The notes under the pieces are model-generated. The model had not been told where the DNA came from. It did not search any database and saw nothing but the letters and a program-made list of their open reading frames with translations. From an uncultured Bacillota bacterium (GTDB lineage: Bacteria > Sysuimicrobiota > Sysuimicrobiia > Sysuimicrobiales > Segetimicrobiaceae), in assembly GCA_963804645.1 (NCBI GenBank), contig CAWDRG010000009.1, positions 192,001 through 256,000 of the forward strand: DNA of 64,000 nucleotides, given 5' to 3'. Shown here piece after piece: positions 30,858 through 41,147 of the stretch. Position 1 is the stretch's first letter; each line of letters begins with the position of its first letter. Both the position numbers and the translations under genes were made by a program.

Positions 30858-31324
30858 TCAGCACCGCAGTCCTGGAGAGCGCCGTCGATGATCCCTCGAC
30901 CGTTCGCCGCCCCGGCACAGTGGTCCTGTCGCCGCACTCGCGCGTGCGCCTTTCGCGCGTTCCCCCCAACCTTCACGGGACGAACTACATCCGACAGCTA
31001 CGACCTTGACTCGCCCGGTAGACAGCCCACGCCTCTTAGGCTTCACGACGATCTCAATGTCTCGGTCGAGAGCGACGAGAAACCGAAGTAAGCGATCAAT
31101 GGAGAAGCCCTGAAGGCGGCCACGGATAAGCGCGGACACCTTGGGTTGATCAACGCCGAGACGCCGGGCGGCCTCGGCTTGGGCCAAACGCCGAGTTCCA
31201 ATAATCATGCTAATCGTCGGGCTAGCTCTGCTTTCGCCAACGCCTCTTCGGCCCCCTCGACTCGCAGATCCGAGAACACGTTGCGAGTGCTCGTGGTCAA
31301 TGGGATAGTCTTCTTCGGACTCAT
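30858..31324 (-). pseudogene. HigA-like XRE antitoxin/regulator, frameshifted near 31210
   Basis: RNVFSDL...AKAELA in one frame, then QAEAARRLGVDQPKVSALIRGRLQGFSIDRLLRFL..LDRDIEIVV in another. Confidence 0.75.
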
Positions 31325-31913
31325 GGCTTGGTTGCCCCCTCCCGCTCGAAGTGCGGGCGCGATACAAACGGTCTCGGATAAGGTGGCACGGTTTGCGGGA
31401 AAGGTGCCGGGCACTGTAGCCAAACTGTAGCCGGGGGTCCGATCCAGGGGTGCGGACCTCCGTATCCGCGCTTCGCTTCCCATGATTGCCGTTCGCCAAA
31501 GAGCCTTAGATACGCTCACGCCGGGTTTTTCCGCGACCTGCCAGAGGGCTACCGCCGTCCCTAGCCGCGCTCCGCCGCACCCTGTGGCGCCTGCGGATTG
31601 CCGTGAACCCCTGTTCGGAGCGGGCTCGGCGGATCAAAACGGCCGGGAGGACGAAAATGCGGCTGCCTGTCGGCCAGACCCCCCAAAAAATGGCCACATT
31701 GACGGGAAGTCGCAAAAATCGTTCATTGGCATGATATTCGAGGTCGTTTCAAACAGGTTACCTTAAACATAATAAGATATGGCGATTTTACCTCCGTAAC
31801 TGGGGGGGTTATAGCACCGTTCGTTACTCAAGAACACCCAGGACTCGCTGCAAAAGGGGGGGTGATCGTCGCAAGCGGGTTGGGCAAGGTCAATCTTCGC
31901 GAGGAGGTAGCGC

Positions 31914-32621
31914 ATGAAGATTGGACGATGTTTCGGTGTTGTTCTTGGTATTACCGCAGCGCTCGGGTTCGGCGTCATGGCCACGGGCGTCGGGATGCCG
32001 CAGGCAGACGCTGCGCCATCGCCGGTCGCAGGTGTGTGTCCGAACACGTTTAATCTCGCCAATAGCGGACAGTGCAACGTTGAGCTCATTCTCGATGCGG
32101 GCGGCACGCTGAACACGGTCGTCGTGGACTCGACGCACCCGTACGATGGGTCCGAAGACCAGTTGGTCGGCGTCATCAACGAAGATCCCAATGCCAACAT
32201 CTCCAGCATCGGCCTGACCGGGTCGGGTATCTTCGGGCTCGATGGCGACGGTATCTGCACGTACCAGAGTGCTTCTACCCCATCGGGGATCCTGGGCTAC
32301 TGCACCTCGAGCCAGGTGGCCGGGACGGATCCTCAAGACTACCAGGGGCCCGACAACACCTTCGCCGTCACTAACGCCAACAGCGGAACAGTGAACTTCA
32401 ATTCCGCAATCACGGACGCCTCGGGCACCGGAATTGCCGGCACTCCCAACAACAGCACGTTCTTCTCCCTCGAGGAGGCGCCTTCGCAGACTGGATTCGG
32501 GTCGACGTCGGTCGGCACGACCCCCATTAACGCGACCCCTGAGCCTGGCAGCTTGGCGCTCCTCGGCACGGTTGGGCTGGGAATGCTCCCGATGCTTCGG
32601 AAGCGCACGTTGCGGAAGTAG
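31914..32621 (+). CDS. PEP-CTERM sorted surface protein
   Basis: GAGGAGG RBS; signal peptide; C-terminus ATPEPGSLALLGTVGLGMLPMLRKRTLRK. Confidence 0.88.
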   Translation: MKIGRCFGVVLGITAALGFGVMATGVGMPQADAAPSPVAGVCPNTFNLANSGQCNVELILDAGGTLNTVVVDSTHPYDGSEDQLVGVINEDPNANISSIGLTGSGIFGLDGDGICTYQSASTPSGILGYCTSSQVAGTDPQDYQGPDNTFAVTNANSGTVNFNSAITDASGTGIAGTPNNSTFFSLEEAPSQTGFGSTSVGTTPINATPEPGSLALLGTVGLGMLPMLRKRTLRK

Positions 32622-32673
32622 AGCGAAGAACTAACGTCGCAAGGCTGCGAGCGGTTACCCGCAAGGCAGGAAC

Positions 32674-32712
32674 AGAGAAGGCGGCCCCCCCCGGCCGCCT
32701 TCTCTCATTTTT
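32674..32712 (+). terminator. Intrinsic terminator
   Basis: 13-bp stem AGAGAAGGCGGCC / GGCCGCCTTCTCT followed by CATTTTT. Confidence 0.75.
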
Positions 32713-33128
32713 CGCGGCGGGAACCGACCGGGTCCCTGCGCACGGCCTGGCGCACGCTTGAGGACTGCGGCTACGTTCTGCCTATCGCAACGCTTCTCCC
32801 GAACGCCAGCGGTCGAGAACGACCCGCGGTGGCGTCCGCGCGGACGCCTCATCGGCCCTGTCGTTGGCGACTTCTTCCCCACCAAAGGTGGCACCAAACG
32901 CGGCGACGGCGACTTTCCTCATGTCTGCCGGGAGTGTCTCTGTCCACGCAAGCAACCCAGCCTTGAACTCCCCGCCGCCGCTCGCTGTTGCCCCCATCGT
33001 CGCCCAGTAGAAGCCACAGCACAGTCGAGGAGGTGATGGTCGTGTCAACAGGATGCGCAAAGGAAGATGCTCCCTCGGCTGGACCGATTGAATTGCAAGG
33101 GCTACAGAAGGCGGTTAGAACATCTGCG

Positions 33129-33171
33129 TCCCAAGCAGAGGGTCGTGGGTTCGAATCCCATTTCCCGCTCC
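33129..33171 (+). repeat. att site: copy of the tRNA-Gly 3' half
   Basis: TCCCAAGCAGAGGGTCGTGGGTTCGAATCCCATTTCCCGCTCC is identical to 23614-23656. Confidence 0.93.
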
Positions 33172-33484
33172 GGCTACAACCTACGCACCACTAGGATCTC
33201 CCCGCGCACCGGTAATCGGTAAACGCTCTTGCGCCGGCATTTTGCTACCACCTGCTACCATCGGGATCGTCACCGGTACCCTGGAGATGCTCGGCCGAGC
33301 GGGCTGCTGCGCTAGGCTCGTTGTCCGGGATGACTTGGTCTCGTGCGGTCGTCGAGACAATGCGGTGCTAGGACGACGTGGATCGGGTTGGTGACGACAA
33401 GCGGCCTCGGCGGCGCGGCGGTCAGATGACCGGGCCGCGGGCGCGTTGGAGGATTGCCGGTGCCCGCGCGGAAGTTCTGCAGCC

Positions 33485-34444
33485 ATGGGGCCGTGTGTCC
33501 TTCATACGGAGCGGGCAGCGGGCGAGAAGCGGCGACCTTCCTCGATGCCCCGCCATACGCGTCCGAGCGCTGAACGGCCGTTTGCGCGTCCCGCGGATGG
33601 ATGCCAGGCGGCTCACAGGGGCCAAGACAGGCAGGCATCTGTTGCGAATCAAGGCGTCGAGAACGTCCCGTGCGCCGGGTTCGCGCGGCCGAACAGTTTA
33701 GACGTTCCGCACTTACGCGGTCCGGACACCCCTGCACCCGTTCTTCAGCGCGGCGGTCATGACTTCAGCCGCGTTCGGGTGCAGGCGATCGGACCTGCCG
33801 CGCGGTCCGGATCTCTGCCGCTCGGAGCCGGGGGCGCCGCCAGTCCCTCCGCCGGCACGCCGACCTCCGCCAAAAGCGAAGGGACGGAAGCGGGCACGGC
33901 CCCCGCACTCTCATTTGACATTCCCGCCCTCTGCCCCGTGACGGCGAAATTCCTTCAGGTTCCCCACACACGGCTGCAGGCGCACGCCGCACACGGAATG
34001 TTTGGCGCGCCGGTCTCCATCGTCGCGCAGTTCTCGGTGCCGTTGCCGATTCTCTGCGATTGCCGATGCGGTGAGTACCGTCAATTCGTGAGGGGCATCT
34101 TCCGGGTGGACGGAAGGGACGCGTTAGAGACGTGCACCGGGCCGCTGGATCGCACTACTTTTCAGGAAGACTGCGCCCTGGGTGTCCCCATGTCGGGCGG
34201 CAAGAGCGTGATGGGCCACCGGGATACGCCGTTGCCGGGACTCAGCGTGTACAGCGACCCTGATCAAGAGACCGGCTGCCGGTTTGAGGGAAGTGATTTT
34301 CCCGGTGCTGTGGACGTCGAGAAACCGGTGTTCGTCGAAATGCACGTCGAGTTCAAGAGCCAGCTCGTGGACACGTGCAACGGCAACGCCGTCCTCGCGC
34401 AGTCCTTGTGGGGCGTCGATGGGGAGGATACCGTGCAGCCCTGA
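33485..34444 (+). CDS. Hypothetical protein with a DUF4157 (eCIS core)-like stub and a Cys-rich C-terminal domain
   Basis: VANQGV, PVLQR, GHDFSRVRV motifs, then CDCRCGEYRQFVRG; start codon uncertain. Confidence 0.55.
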   Translation: MGPCVLHTERAAGEKRRPSSMPRHTRPSAERPFARPADGCQAAHRGQDRQASVANQGVENVPCAGFARPNSLDVPHLRGPDTPAPVLQRGGHDFSRVRVQAIGPAARSGSLPLGAGGAASPSAGTPTSAKSEGTEAGTAPALSFDIPALCPVTAKFLQVPHTRLQAHAAHGMFGAPVSIVAQFSVPLPILCDCRCGEYRQFVRGIFRVDGRDALETCTGPLDRTTFQEDCALGVPMSGGKSVMGHRDTPLPGLSVYSDPDQETGCRFEGSDFPGAVDVEKPVFVEMHVEFKSQLVDTCNGNAVLAQSLWGVDGEDTVQP

Positions 34445-34535
34445 GGGGCGGCGGCATGGGTACCGGCAGCTCCGTCGACAGTCTCCTTCCCACGAGGCAG
34501 CCGCAACCCCGGTAGACAGTCAGAGGGAGGCGTCC

Positions 34536-34991
34536 GTGAGCACTCCGGAGGAAAAGTTACGGCAGTTGGCCGCTCAACTCGAAGCCGAGCGGGAAGCCAA
34601 GGCGCAGCGCGATCAAGAGCAGGCGTCCCAAACGCGCGACAGTCTCACACAGCGCGTGAACATTGCCAGGCAAGAGGCGCTGGCGTGGCGCGATCGCGCG
34701 GCAGCCTTGGTGGCCGCAACCGGGAAGCGCATTCCGTTCTCGATGAAGGTGTCCCGCGCGGACCCGGGCTTTGAAATCACGGTGGGCGCGGCAGCCATTC
34801 AGTTCGACCTCCGTCTTGATGGATGGCACGTCGTGAAGTCTGCCCCACCGGACCTGCATCCGACGGGCACCCTGCCCGCAGATGCGCCGCAGCTTCGAGA
34901 TGAGCTGTTGCATCGTATGGTTGAGCAGGGCCTGCGGGATCTGTATGCCGGAAAGATCACAGCCGACCCCGATCCCTACGGCCGCGAATAG
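34536..34991 (+). CDS. Hypothetical protein with N-terminal coiled coil
   Basis: GGGAGG RBS and GTG start; EEKLRQLAAQLEAEREAKAQRDQEQ. Confidence 0.65.
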   Translation: MSTPEEKLRQLAAQLEAEREAKAQRDQEQASQTRDSLTQRVNIARQEALAWRDRAAALVAATGKRIPFSMKVSRADPGFEITVGAAAIQFDLRLDGWHVVKSAPPDLHPTGTLPADAPQLRDELLHRMVEQGLRDLYAGKITADPDPYGRE

Positions 34992-35046
34992 GGAACCAGC
35001 CTCCCCGCTCCGCGCTCGCCGAACCGGCCCCACGCCATCGAACCGC

Positions 35047-36642
35047 CTATCGAAGCCCGAACGCCTCGACACGATCGCCGGCGCCGACGTACACGCGTCC
35101 GCCGACGACGGCGGGCGTGACAGACGGCTGCGCCCGTCCGACCGCATCCGCACCGCCCGACCGGTACAGCATCGCCCCCGTGCGCGCGTCAAGCGCGTAG
35201 AGCGTGGGGTCGTCTCCACTGTCCAACACCCACGCTACCCCGCCGTCAGGGGCCTCGCCCGAGACCGATGGGGCGCCGGGGTCGGGCATCGACGCGCTGC
35301 ACCACGCGACGTCCAACTTTGGGGAGTGCGCCACCGGCGTCGCAAGCCGGAGGGCGACCACGCCGCCGGTTCCCTGGCACGGAGCCGGCTGGCGCCCGAG
35401 GCCCGCGACGAGCACGACTCGCCCGACGCTGCCCCCATCCCAGTAGGCTGCGGCCGGCGGTGCCTGCGGCACGTCGCGATCGCATGCGCCGAAGACGCAG
35501 CGGCTCGATCCCTCTTCCCCGACGCTGCCGTTTCCACGGCTCACGCCGCCCATGTCGTCGCGGTTGACGACATGCGCCACACCGCGCCCGTCCTCGAAAA
35601 ACACAAGGCGCGGCGACGCCAGATCAGGCCGGTCGGGCACAACGAGTGGAGTCGATGAACCCGGACCGTCACCGGTCCCATTCAAGCCACCGGCGCCGCC
35701 GGGCGTGAAGAAGTCGCGGGGCGTGCCGGAAACCTGGAGTGTCGGCGACGTGGTGAGACGGATCAGCGCGTCACGCGGGCCCGCCGCGTCACCGCCGCGT
35801 ATGACGGCGTACAGATCCGAACGGGAATCGGCCGCGATCCCGCCGGCGGTCCAGATGCCCCGCGATGGACCCCCGGGCGCGGCGAACGCCTGCTGCGGTC
35901 CTTGCGGCGCCGTCACGCGCACCGCAACCACCCCGCCAGATGCAGCACCGCAGCCGTCCCGATTCCCGCCCAGGGGCACGTACACGACGCCGCTCATCAA
36001 CAGCAGAGCGCCTCGCTGCTGCCCGACGCGACCGTCGACCGTAAAGCCGGAGGACGGCGCGGGTGCGACCGGCACGGGCCAGCCCGGCCTCGCCATGCCG
36101 CTCTTGATGTCGACGGCGGCGATTAGGTATGCCGGCGCGCGCTCCCCGGGGGATGCCGTGAGCCCGACGACGTAGAGCGTACCCGCTCCGCGGTCCAACA
36201 CCGGCGTGCTCGCGATGCCGACCGGAGCGTCGTGGCCGCACGAGCGCGATGTGCGCGGCACGGGAGTTCCGAGGGAAACCGGCCCCCATAGGAGCCCGCC
36301 GTCTGCGGCATCGAAAGCGTAGATGAAGTCGCGCTCGGTCACCACGTACACGACGGTGCGGACGCGTCCCAGCACGGCCACCCCGGACACGACCAGCGGT
36401 TCCGCATCAATCTCGCCGTCGACCTGGGACGCCCACAGCAGTCCGAAGGGACCGGTGCGAAGCGCGGCCGGCGTCAGCGTGTGCTCGTCTCGCGTCCAGC
36501 CGGTTCGCCCCGGGTCGCCGTGAAACGTGAGAATCGCCGGACCCTCTGCGGGAATAGCCGTGGCCGGGAGACCGGGCCCCGCGGACAATATCGCGGCGAG
36601 GAGCAAGAGGGCTCCCGCCGACATGGGAAGACGGTGTATCAC
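35047..36642 (-). CDS. Secreted PQQ-like beta-propeller repeat protein
   Basis: Signal peptide; TFHGDPGRTG, IYAFDAADG..LW, GIASTPVLD, LYALDARTG, TPAVVGGRVYV. Confidence 0.82.
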   Translation of the reverse strand: MIHRLPMSAGALLLLAAILSAGPGLPATAIPAEGPAILTFHGDPGRTGWTRDEHTLTPAALRTGPFGLLWASQVDGEIDAEPLVVSGVAVLGRVRTVVYVVTERDFIYAFDAADGGLLWGPVSLGTPVPRTSRSCGHDAPVGIASTPVLDRGAGTLYVVGLTASPGERAPAYLIAAVDIKSGMARPGWPVPVAPAPSSGFTVDGRVGQQRGALLLMSGVVYVPLGGNRDGCGAASGGVVAVRVTAPQGPQQAFAAPGGPSRGIWTAGGIAADSRSDLYAVIRGGDAAGPRDALIRLTTSPTLQVSGTPRDFFTPGGAGGLNGTGDGPGSSTPLVVPDRPDLASPRLVFFEDGRGVAHVVNRDDMGGVSRGNGSVGEEGSSRCVFGACDRDVPQAPPAAAYWDGGSVGRVVLVAGLGRQPAPCQGTGGVVALRLATPVAHSPKLDVAWCSASMPDPGAPSVSGEAPDGGVAWVLDSGDDPTLYALDARTGAMLYRSGGADAVGRAQPSVTPAVVGGRVYVGAGDRVEAFGLR

Positions 36643-37543
36643 GCTTGTGCGATTCGGGCGGACGAGTCCCGAACCTGCCGTCTACGCGTGACGTGTCAGC
36701 GCGGCACCCCGCCCCGGTCTGGCTGTGTCGGCGGATCCATCAGTGGAACAATTTCTGGTGCGGACGGGCCGGGTTCAGTCGGCGGATGCGTCGGCGGCGA
36801 AATCTCGGGCCCAACAGACGGATACGTGGGCGGCTCGTGCGGCGGCTCGATCTCCGACCGTCGCGGCCGGCGACCGACCTCCGGAGGAACGGGCCCCTTC
36901 GCTCGCAAGGCAGCGCGTATGGGATCTGGACTCCTCAAAACGGCACCTCCCGATCCTCGGGCGGGCGGTGCCCCGGCGGCCGGAGCATCTACGCGTGCGG
37001 CCGCAGGAGCCCACTGCCACGGCGCCGGGCCGAGGACTCCCACGGCCCCTATGGTTGGGAAGTTGATGGACGAGGCAGCAATCATACATCCGGCGACAGA
37101 CGGGCGCGGCACCGCGGTGCGTCTCGTCAAGAACCTTCGTGCATCGGCCTCTCCTGAGGACGACAAGGCAGACAAGCCCTCCGACGCCAACTGACAGGCC
37201 CAGATTCGGCTCCGCCCGGAGTTTGCGCAGGTAGTTGTGGAGCCGAGGAGGCCACCCGGCCGCCCCGGCTCTCGCTCACATGCGGCGAGTTCAGCTACCG
37301 ACGGCCGCCTTGACTGCCGCCGTGCCCCTGCCCGCCACCGTGGCTGCCCGATTGACCCTGCTTGTCGTCCTTCCGTTCCGGCTCCATCGCTTCACCTCCA
37401 TGTCATTGCCGATCCCACTATGTGTTCCTCGCAGCGCGGGGATCAAACCGACCCGCGAACCCAGAATTTGTTACGAACCCGCACGTTTGGAAAAAGTATC
37501 TGTGAGGGTGAGCCGAGGGAACGTCAGCGAGGAGGAGAGGAGA

Positions 37544-37750
37544 ATGGCGAGGTACGGAAAGACGGCGCAGGCGAAAGTCGAACGCGCGCTGCACGAAGAA
37601 AAGCGTGGCGAACTCCGTAGCGGCCGAACCGGCCGAAAAGTCACGAGCCGCAAGCAGGCGATCGCCATCGGACTGTCTGAGGCCCGCAAGGCGGGGGGTA
37701 AGGTCCCGGCCGCCCCGAAGCCGCGCCGGCCCCGTGGAAAATCCCGCTAA
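37544..37750 (+). CDS. DUF6496-like small basic protein
   Basis: KVERALHE.KRGELRSG..G.KVTSRKQAIAIGLSEARK.G.KVP; strong RBS. Confidence 0.85.
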   Translation: MARYGKTAQAKVERALHEEKRGELRSGRTGRKVTSRKQAIAIGLSEARKAGGKVPAAPKPRRPRGKSR

Positions 37751-38030
37751 TCTCGCAGCGGCGAATCCGCCAGACATCCAAACGAATCCAAGATGGCCCG
37801 ATAGCGGCCGTTCAGCAGGGACTCTCCGCCCCGCAGCGTAAGTGGGTGCCCGGGCGTTCCGGCAGCGGCACCGTAACGCGCGCCCAACGTCTCGACGGCA
37901 CTGCCGGCCCGAAGCCGAGCCATCGGCCCTCGTGCGCGACGGCTCATCGCTGCGTTGATGGAGCGTGCGTGATGTCCTCGCACACGGTCCTTGGGTTGAT
38001 GCGTCACAGATCGTGGCGCCCGTAGCCGCG

Positions 38031-39311
38031 ATGTTTGTGCGCGCGCGCAGGTCCCAACTGCCGAGCTGGGGGATCCCCCTGGCCTACGCGGTCGCCGCGG
38101 TCGTGGTCGGGCTGACCCTGCCGCGATTCGAGGCCACCCTGTTCCCGGGACTGTCGGCCAAGCTGAGCATCCAGTCGGCCATCGCGATCTATTCCACCGT
38201 CGGATCCGGGATGCTCGCATTCACGGGCATCGTGTTTTCATTGACGTTCGTCATGGTCCAGTTCAGCGCCACCGCGTATTCACCCCGCCTGGTCCTGTGG
38301 GTCGCCCGTGACCCCGTCATCTCGCACGCGATTGGCGTCTTCACCGCGACGTTTCTGTATTCGATCACCGCGCTCTCGTGGGTGGACCGGGCCGGATCGG
38401 GTACGGTGCTGTTCTACAGCGCGGGCGTGGCCGGGGCACTGCTCCTGGCGAGCATCGGCATGTTCGTCGCGCTCATTCAGCGGGTCGCCAGCCTGCAGGT
38501 CAATTACATGCTGGCGTTCACCGGCGACCAAGGACGCCGCGTCATTGAGAAAATGTACCTCCCGCTGGACGCGCCGATCGAGCGCGTCGACCCGGCGCAC
38601 GAGCACGGCGCCGCGGTCACGCAGACGGTGCGGTACGCAGGACGGCCGCAGGTGCTGCAGGCGATCCGCGTGCCGCGCCTGCTGGCGCTCGCCGAACGCT
38701 GCGGCGGCACGGCGGAGATCATGTCGTGCGTCGGAGACACGCTGGTCGAAGGCAGAACGGTCGTGCGCGTCTTCGGCGGGACGCAGCCGGTCCCGGAGCA
38801 AGACTGGAGCACGGCGTTCGAGGTTGGGGACGAGCGGACCTTCGAGCAAGATCCGAAATACGCCATTCGCCTGCTAGTGGACATCGCGATCAAAGCCCTG
38901 TCTCCGGCGATCAACGACCCGACGACGGCGGTGCAGACGCTGGATCAGATCGAAGACCTGCTGCGGCGGCTCGGCTGGAAGCGGCTGGAGATCGGCGCGT
39001 ACCGGGATGACGCACAGCGGCTCCGGCTGGTCATCCAGTTTCCGGCCTGGGCAGATTTCTTGACCCTGGGGCTTGAGGAGATCCGGTTCTGCGGGGCCAC
39101 GAGCATCCAGGTCATGCGGCGCATGGAAGCGATGATCGCCGACCTGATGGCCACCCTGCCCCCCGAGCGCCAGGCCGCGCTGCGGTATTGTCAGCAGCGG
39201 CTCGATGCGACAATCGCGCGGTCGTTTGCCGACGACGCGGACAGGCGGGAAGCCTCGATCGAAGACCGGCAGGGACTGGGGGCGCCGCGCGAGCGCCGGG
39301 ACAGCACGTAG
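38031..39311 (+). CDS. DUF2254 family membrane protein
   Basis: VQFSATAYSPRL, RTFEQDP..AIRLLVDIAIKALSPAINDPTTAVQ. Confidence 0.9.
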   Translation: MFVRARRSQLPSWGIPLAYAVAAVVVGLTLPRFEATLFPGLSAKLSIQSAIAIYSTVGSGMLAFTGIVFSLTFVMVQFSATAYSPRLVLWVARDPVISHAIGVFTATFLYSITALSWVDRAGSGTVLFYSAGVAGALLLASIGMFVALIQRVASLQVNYMLAFTGDQGRRVIEKMYLPLDAPIERVDPAHEHGAAVTQTVRYAGRPQVLQAIRVPRLLALAERCGGTAEIMSCVGDTLVEGRTVVRVFGGTQPVPEQDWSTAFEVGDERTFEQDPKYAIRLLVDIAIKALSPAINDPTTAVQTLDQIEDLLRRLGWKRLEIGAYRDDAQRLRLVIQFPAWADFLTLGLEEIRFCGATSIQVMRRMEAMIADLMATLPPERQAALRYCQQRLDATIARSFADDADRREASIEDRQGLGAPRERRDST

Positions 39312-39335
39312 CCGGCGGCGCGACGCGACGGTCGA

Positions 39336-40949
39336 TCATCTCATCGCCTGGACATTCCATGGAATGATCGCATACGACGGCTGAAACCCGAGCAGCCCGC
39401 TCCGCGCGATCATCAGGTTGTTGAACCCCCCGGGTCGGATCATGGGCACTTCCTCGTACATCATCGTCTGGAGCCGGGCCCACATCCGCACGCGCGTCCC
39501 CGGATCCGACGCAGCGTTGAACTGCGCGAACAACGCGTTCTTCTCGGGCGTGTCCCACCATCCCGGATAGGCCGCGCTGAACAGCGTGAGCAGCGCGGGG
39601 TCCGGGACGAAGGTGCCCGAGGTGACGAAGATGTCCCACTCGGCCGGCCGGGTGCGGCGGTCGAGCAGCGTCGCCCACTCCATCACCTGCATGTCGACCT
39701 CGAACCCGGCCTGCTGCAGCTGCGAGACGGCGACGACGGTGCTCTTGAACATGTAGTCGTACTCCTGCGTCGTCAGCCACCGGATCGGCTGGCCGGAGTA
39801 GCCCGCGGCCTTGGCGAGCGACTTCGCCTGGACCGCATTGTGGACGTCGTACCAGGTCGCGCCTGCCGTCGTGTACCAGGGGGTCCCTTTCGGGTACATG
39901 CTCGCGTCGAGGAGATACAGTTTGGGATCGCCGAACGTCGCCTGCATGATCGGCTGCATGTCGAGCGCCACCTCGACGGCCTGGCGCATCGCCTGGCTGG
40001 TCATGATCCCCTGCTTCTTGTTCATGAAGAAGGCCAGATAGTAGCCCGGGAGCAGGCCGACGGCGACGCGCGGGTCCGCCCGGAGCGTCGCGTAGGCGTC
40101 CTGGTTGATCCCATCCGCGATGTCGTAGTCCCCGCTCTGGACCCCGGCGATCCGGGCGGCGACCTGCGACACGGGATAGTAGAAGACGTCATCCGCAAGC
40201 GCGACCTTCTGCCCGGCGTACCGGCTCGCCGGCTCGCTGCGCGCCGCGTACTGGTCGAACCGGGTCAGATGCACGTACCGGTCGGGCGCCCACTCCACGA
40301 ACCGATAGGGCCCCGTCCCGACGTACTCCTTCAGGGTCCCGGCCCCAATCCCGTCCACGATCTCCTTCGGCATCATCGCGCCGGAAGACGGCAGCGCAAG
40401 AAACGCGATGAGCGGCGCGAACGGGGTCTTCAGCTTGATGATGACTGTGCTGCTCCCGGCCGCCGTCACCGAGTCGATCGCTCGATACGGCACCGCCCCG
40501 TAGGGGCTCAGCCGGCCCCAGCGGTTCAGCGACGCGATCACATCGTCCGCGGTCAGGGTCTTGCCGTTGTGAAAGGAGACGCCGGTGCGCAGCGTGATCG
40601 TGTACGTTAGCGCGTCCTTACTGACGGTGTACCCCGTGGCCAGATCCGGCTGTATGCGCCATCCGGCGTCGAACGCGAACAACCCCTCGAAGATCGGCAG
40701 CGTGATGGTGCTGGTCAGAGTCGCGGTCGTGGCTTGGGTATCGAGGGTCAGCGGCTCGCCGATCTCGGCGATCTTCAGCGTCCCGCCGCGGCGGAGCGGC
40801 GTCGCCGCACGCGCCGCGGGATCCGCGCCCGATCGGGCCGCCGGCAGCCACCCGGACGCGGCGGCGCCCAGGCCGGCTGCCGCCGTCCGGAGGAACGACC
40901 GTCGCGTCGCCTGGCCCGGCGTCGCGCATCCGTGCTTCGCCACGCGCAT
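39336..40949 (-). CDS. ABC transporter substrate-binding protein, family 5 (peptide/nickel), Tat-exported, orphan
   Basis: TRRSFL twin-arginine signal; LRTGVSFHNG..LTADDV, GTGPYRF. Confidence 0.9.
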   Translation of the reverse strand: MRVAKHGCATPGQATRRSFLRTAAAGLGAAASGWLPAARSGADPAARAATPLRRGGTLKIAEIGEPLTLDTQATTATLTSTITLPIFEGLFAFDAGWRIQPDLATGYTVSKDALTYTITLRTGVSFHNGKTLTADDVIASLNRWGRLSPYGAVPYRAIDSVTAAGSSTVIIKLKTPFAPLIAFLALPSSGAMMPKEIVDGIGAGTLKEYVGTGPYRFVEWAPDRYVHLTRFDQYAARSEPASRYAGQKVALADDVFYYPVSQVAARIAGVQSGDYDIADGINQDAYATLRADPRVAVGLLPGYYLAFFMNKKQGIMTSQAMRQAVEVALDMQPIMQATFGDPKLYLLDASMYPKGTPWYTTAGATWYDVHNAVQAKSLAKAAGYSGQPIRWLTTQEYDYMFKSTVVAVSQLQQAGFEVDMQVMEWATLLDRRTRPAEWDIFVTSGTFVPDPALLTLFSAAYPGWWDTPEKNALFAQFNAASDPGTRVRMWARLQTMMYEEVPMIRPGGFNNLMIARSGLLGFQPSYAIIPWNVQAMR

Positions 40950-41147
40950 CCCTCCCGCGACGACTTCGCACCGCACACATGCCCATTCCGCGTTCGCCCG
41001 CGGCACCCCTGTGCCGCCGGGGCGGCATCCCGCCCCCCGGACCCCATTCTCCGCGCCGGTCGGGGGGCGGACCGGACACGATGTCGAAGGACGTGCGAGC
41101 CGGCCCGGATGCGCGCGCTGAAGACACGGACGACGAGGAGGCACGAC

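Larger units (their letters stand above)
23614..33171. mobile_element. Genomic island integrated at tRNA-Gly (about 9.5 kb, no integrase seen)
   Basis: 43-bp direct repeat of the tRNA 3' half at 23614-23656 and 33129-33171. Confidence 0.85.

Noticed and set aside
31726..31742. Sigma54-like TTGGCATGATATTCG upstream of the PEP-CTERM gene
   Set aside because: The -12 element does not match TTGC
32782..33060. Possible integrase C-terminal remnant beside the att copy
   Set aside because: No HxxR or catalytic Tyr motif found in the frames examined
33116..33171. Possible second tRNA-Gly gene
   Set aside because: Lacks the 5' acceptor strand, an intact D-arm and the CCA end; it is an att copy
36696..37190. 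Pro-rich ORF with PEIxP-like repeats
   Set aside because: No clear start or RBS; low complexity could arise by chance in GC-rich DNA
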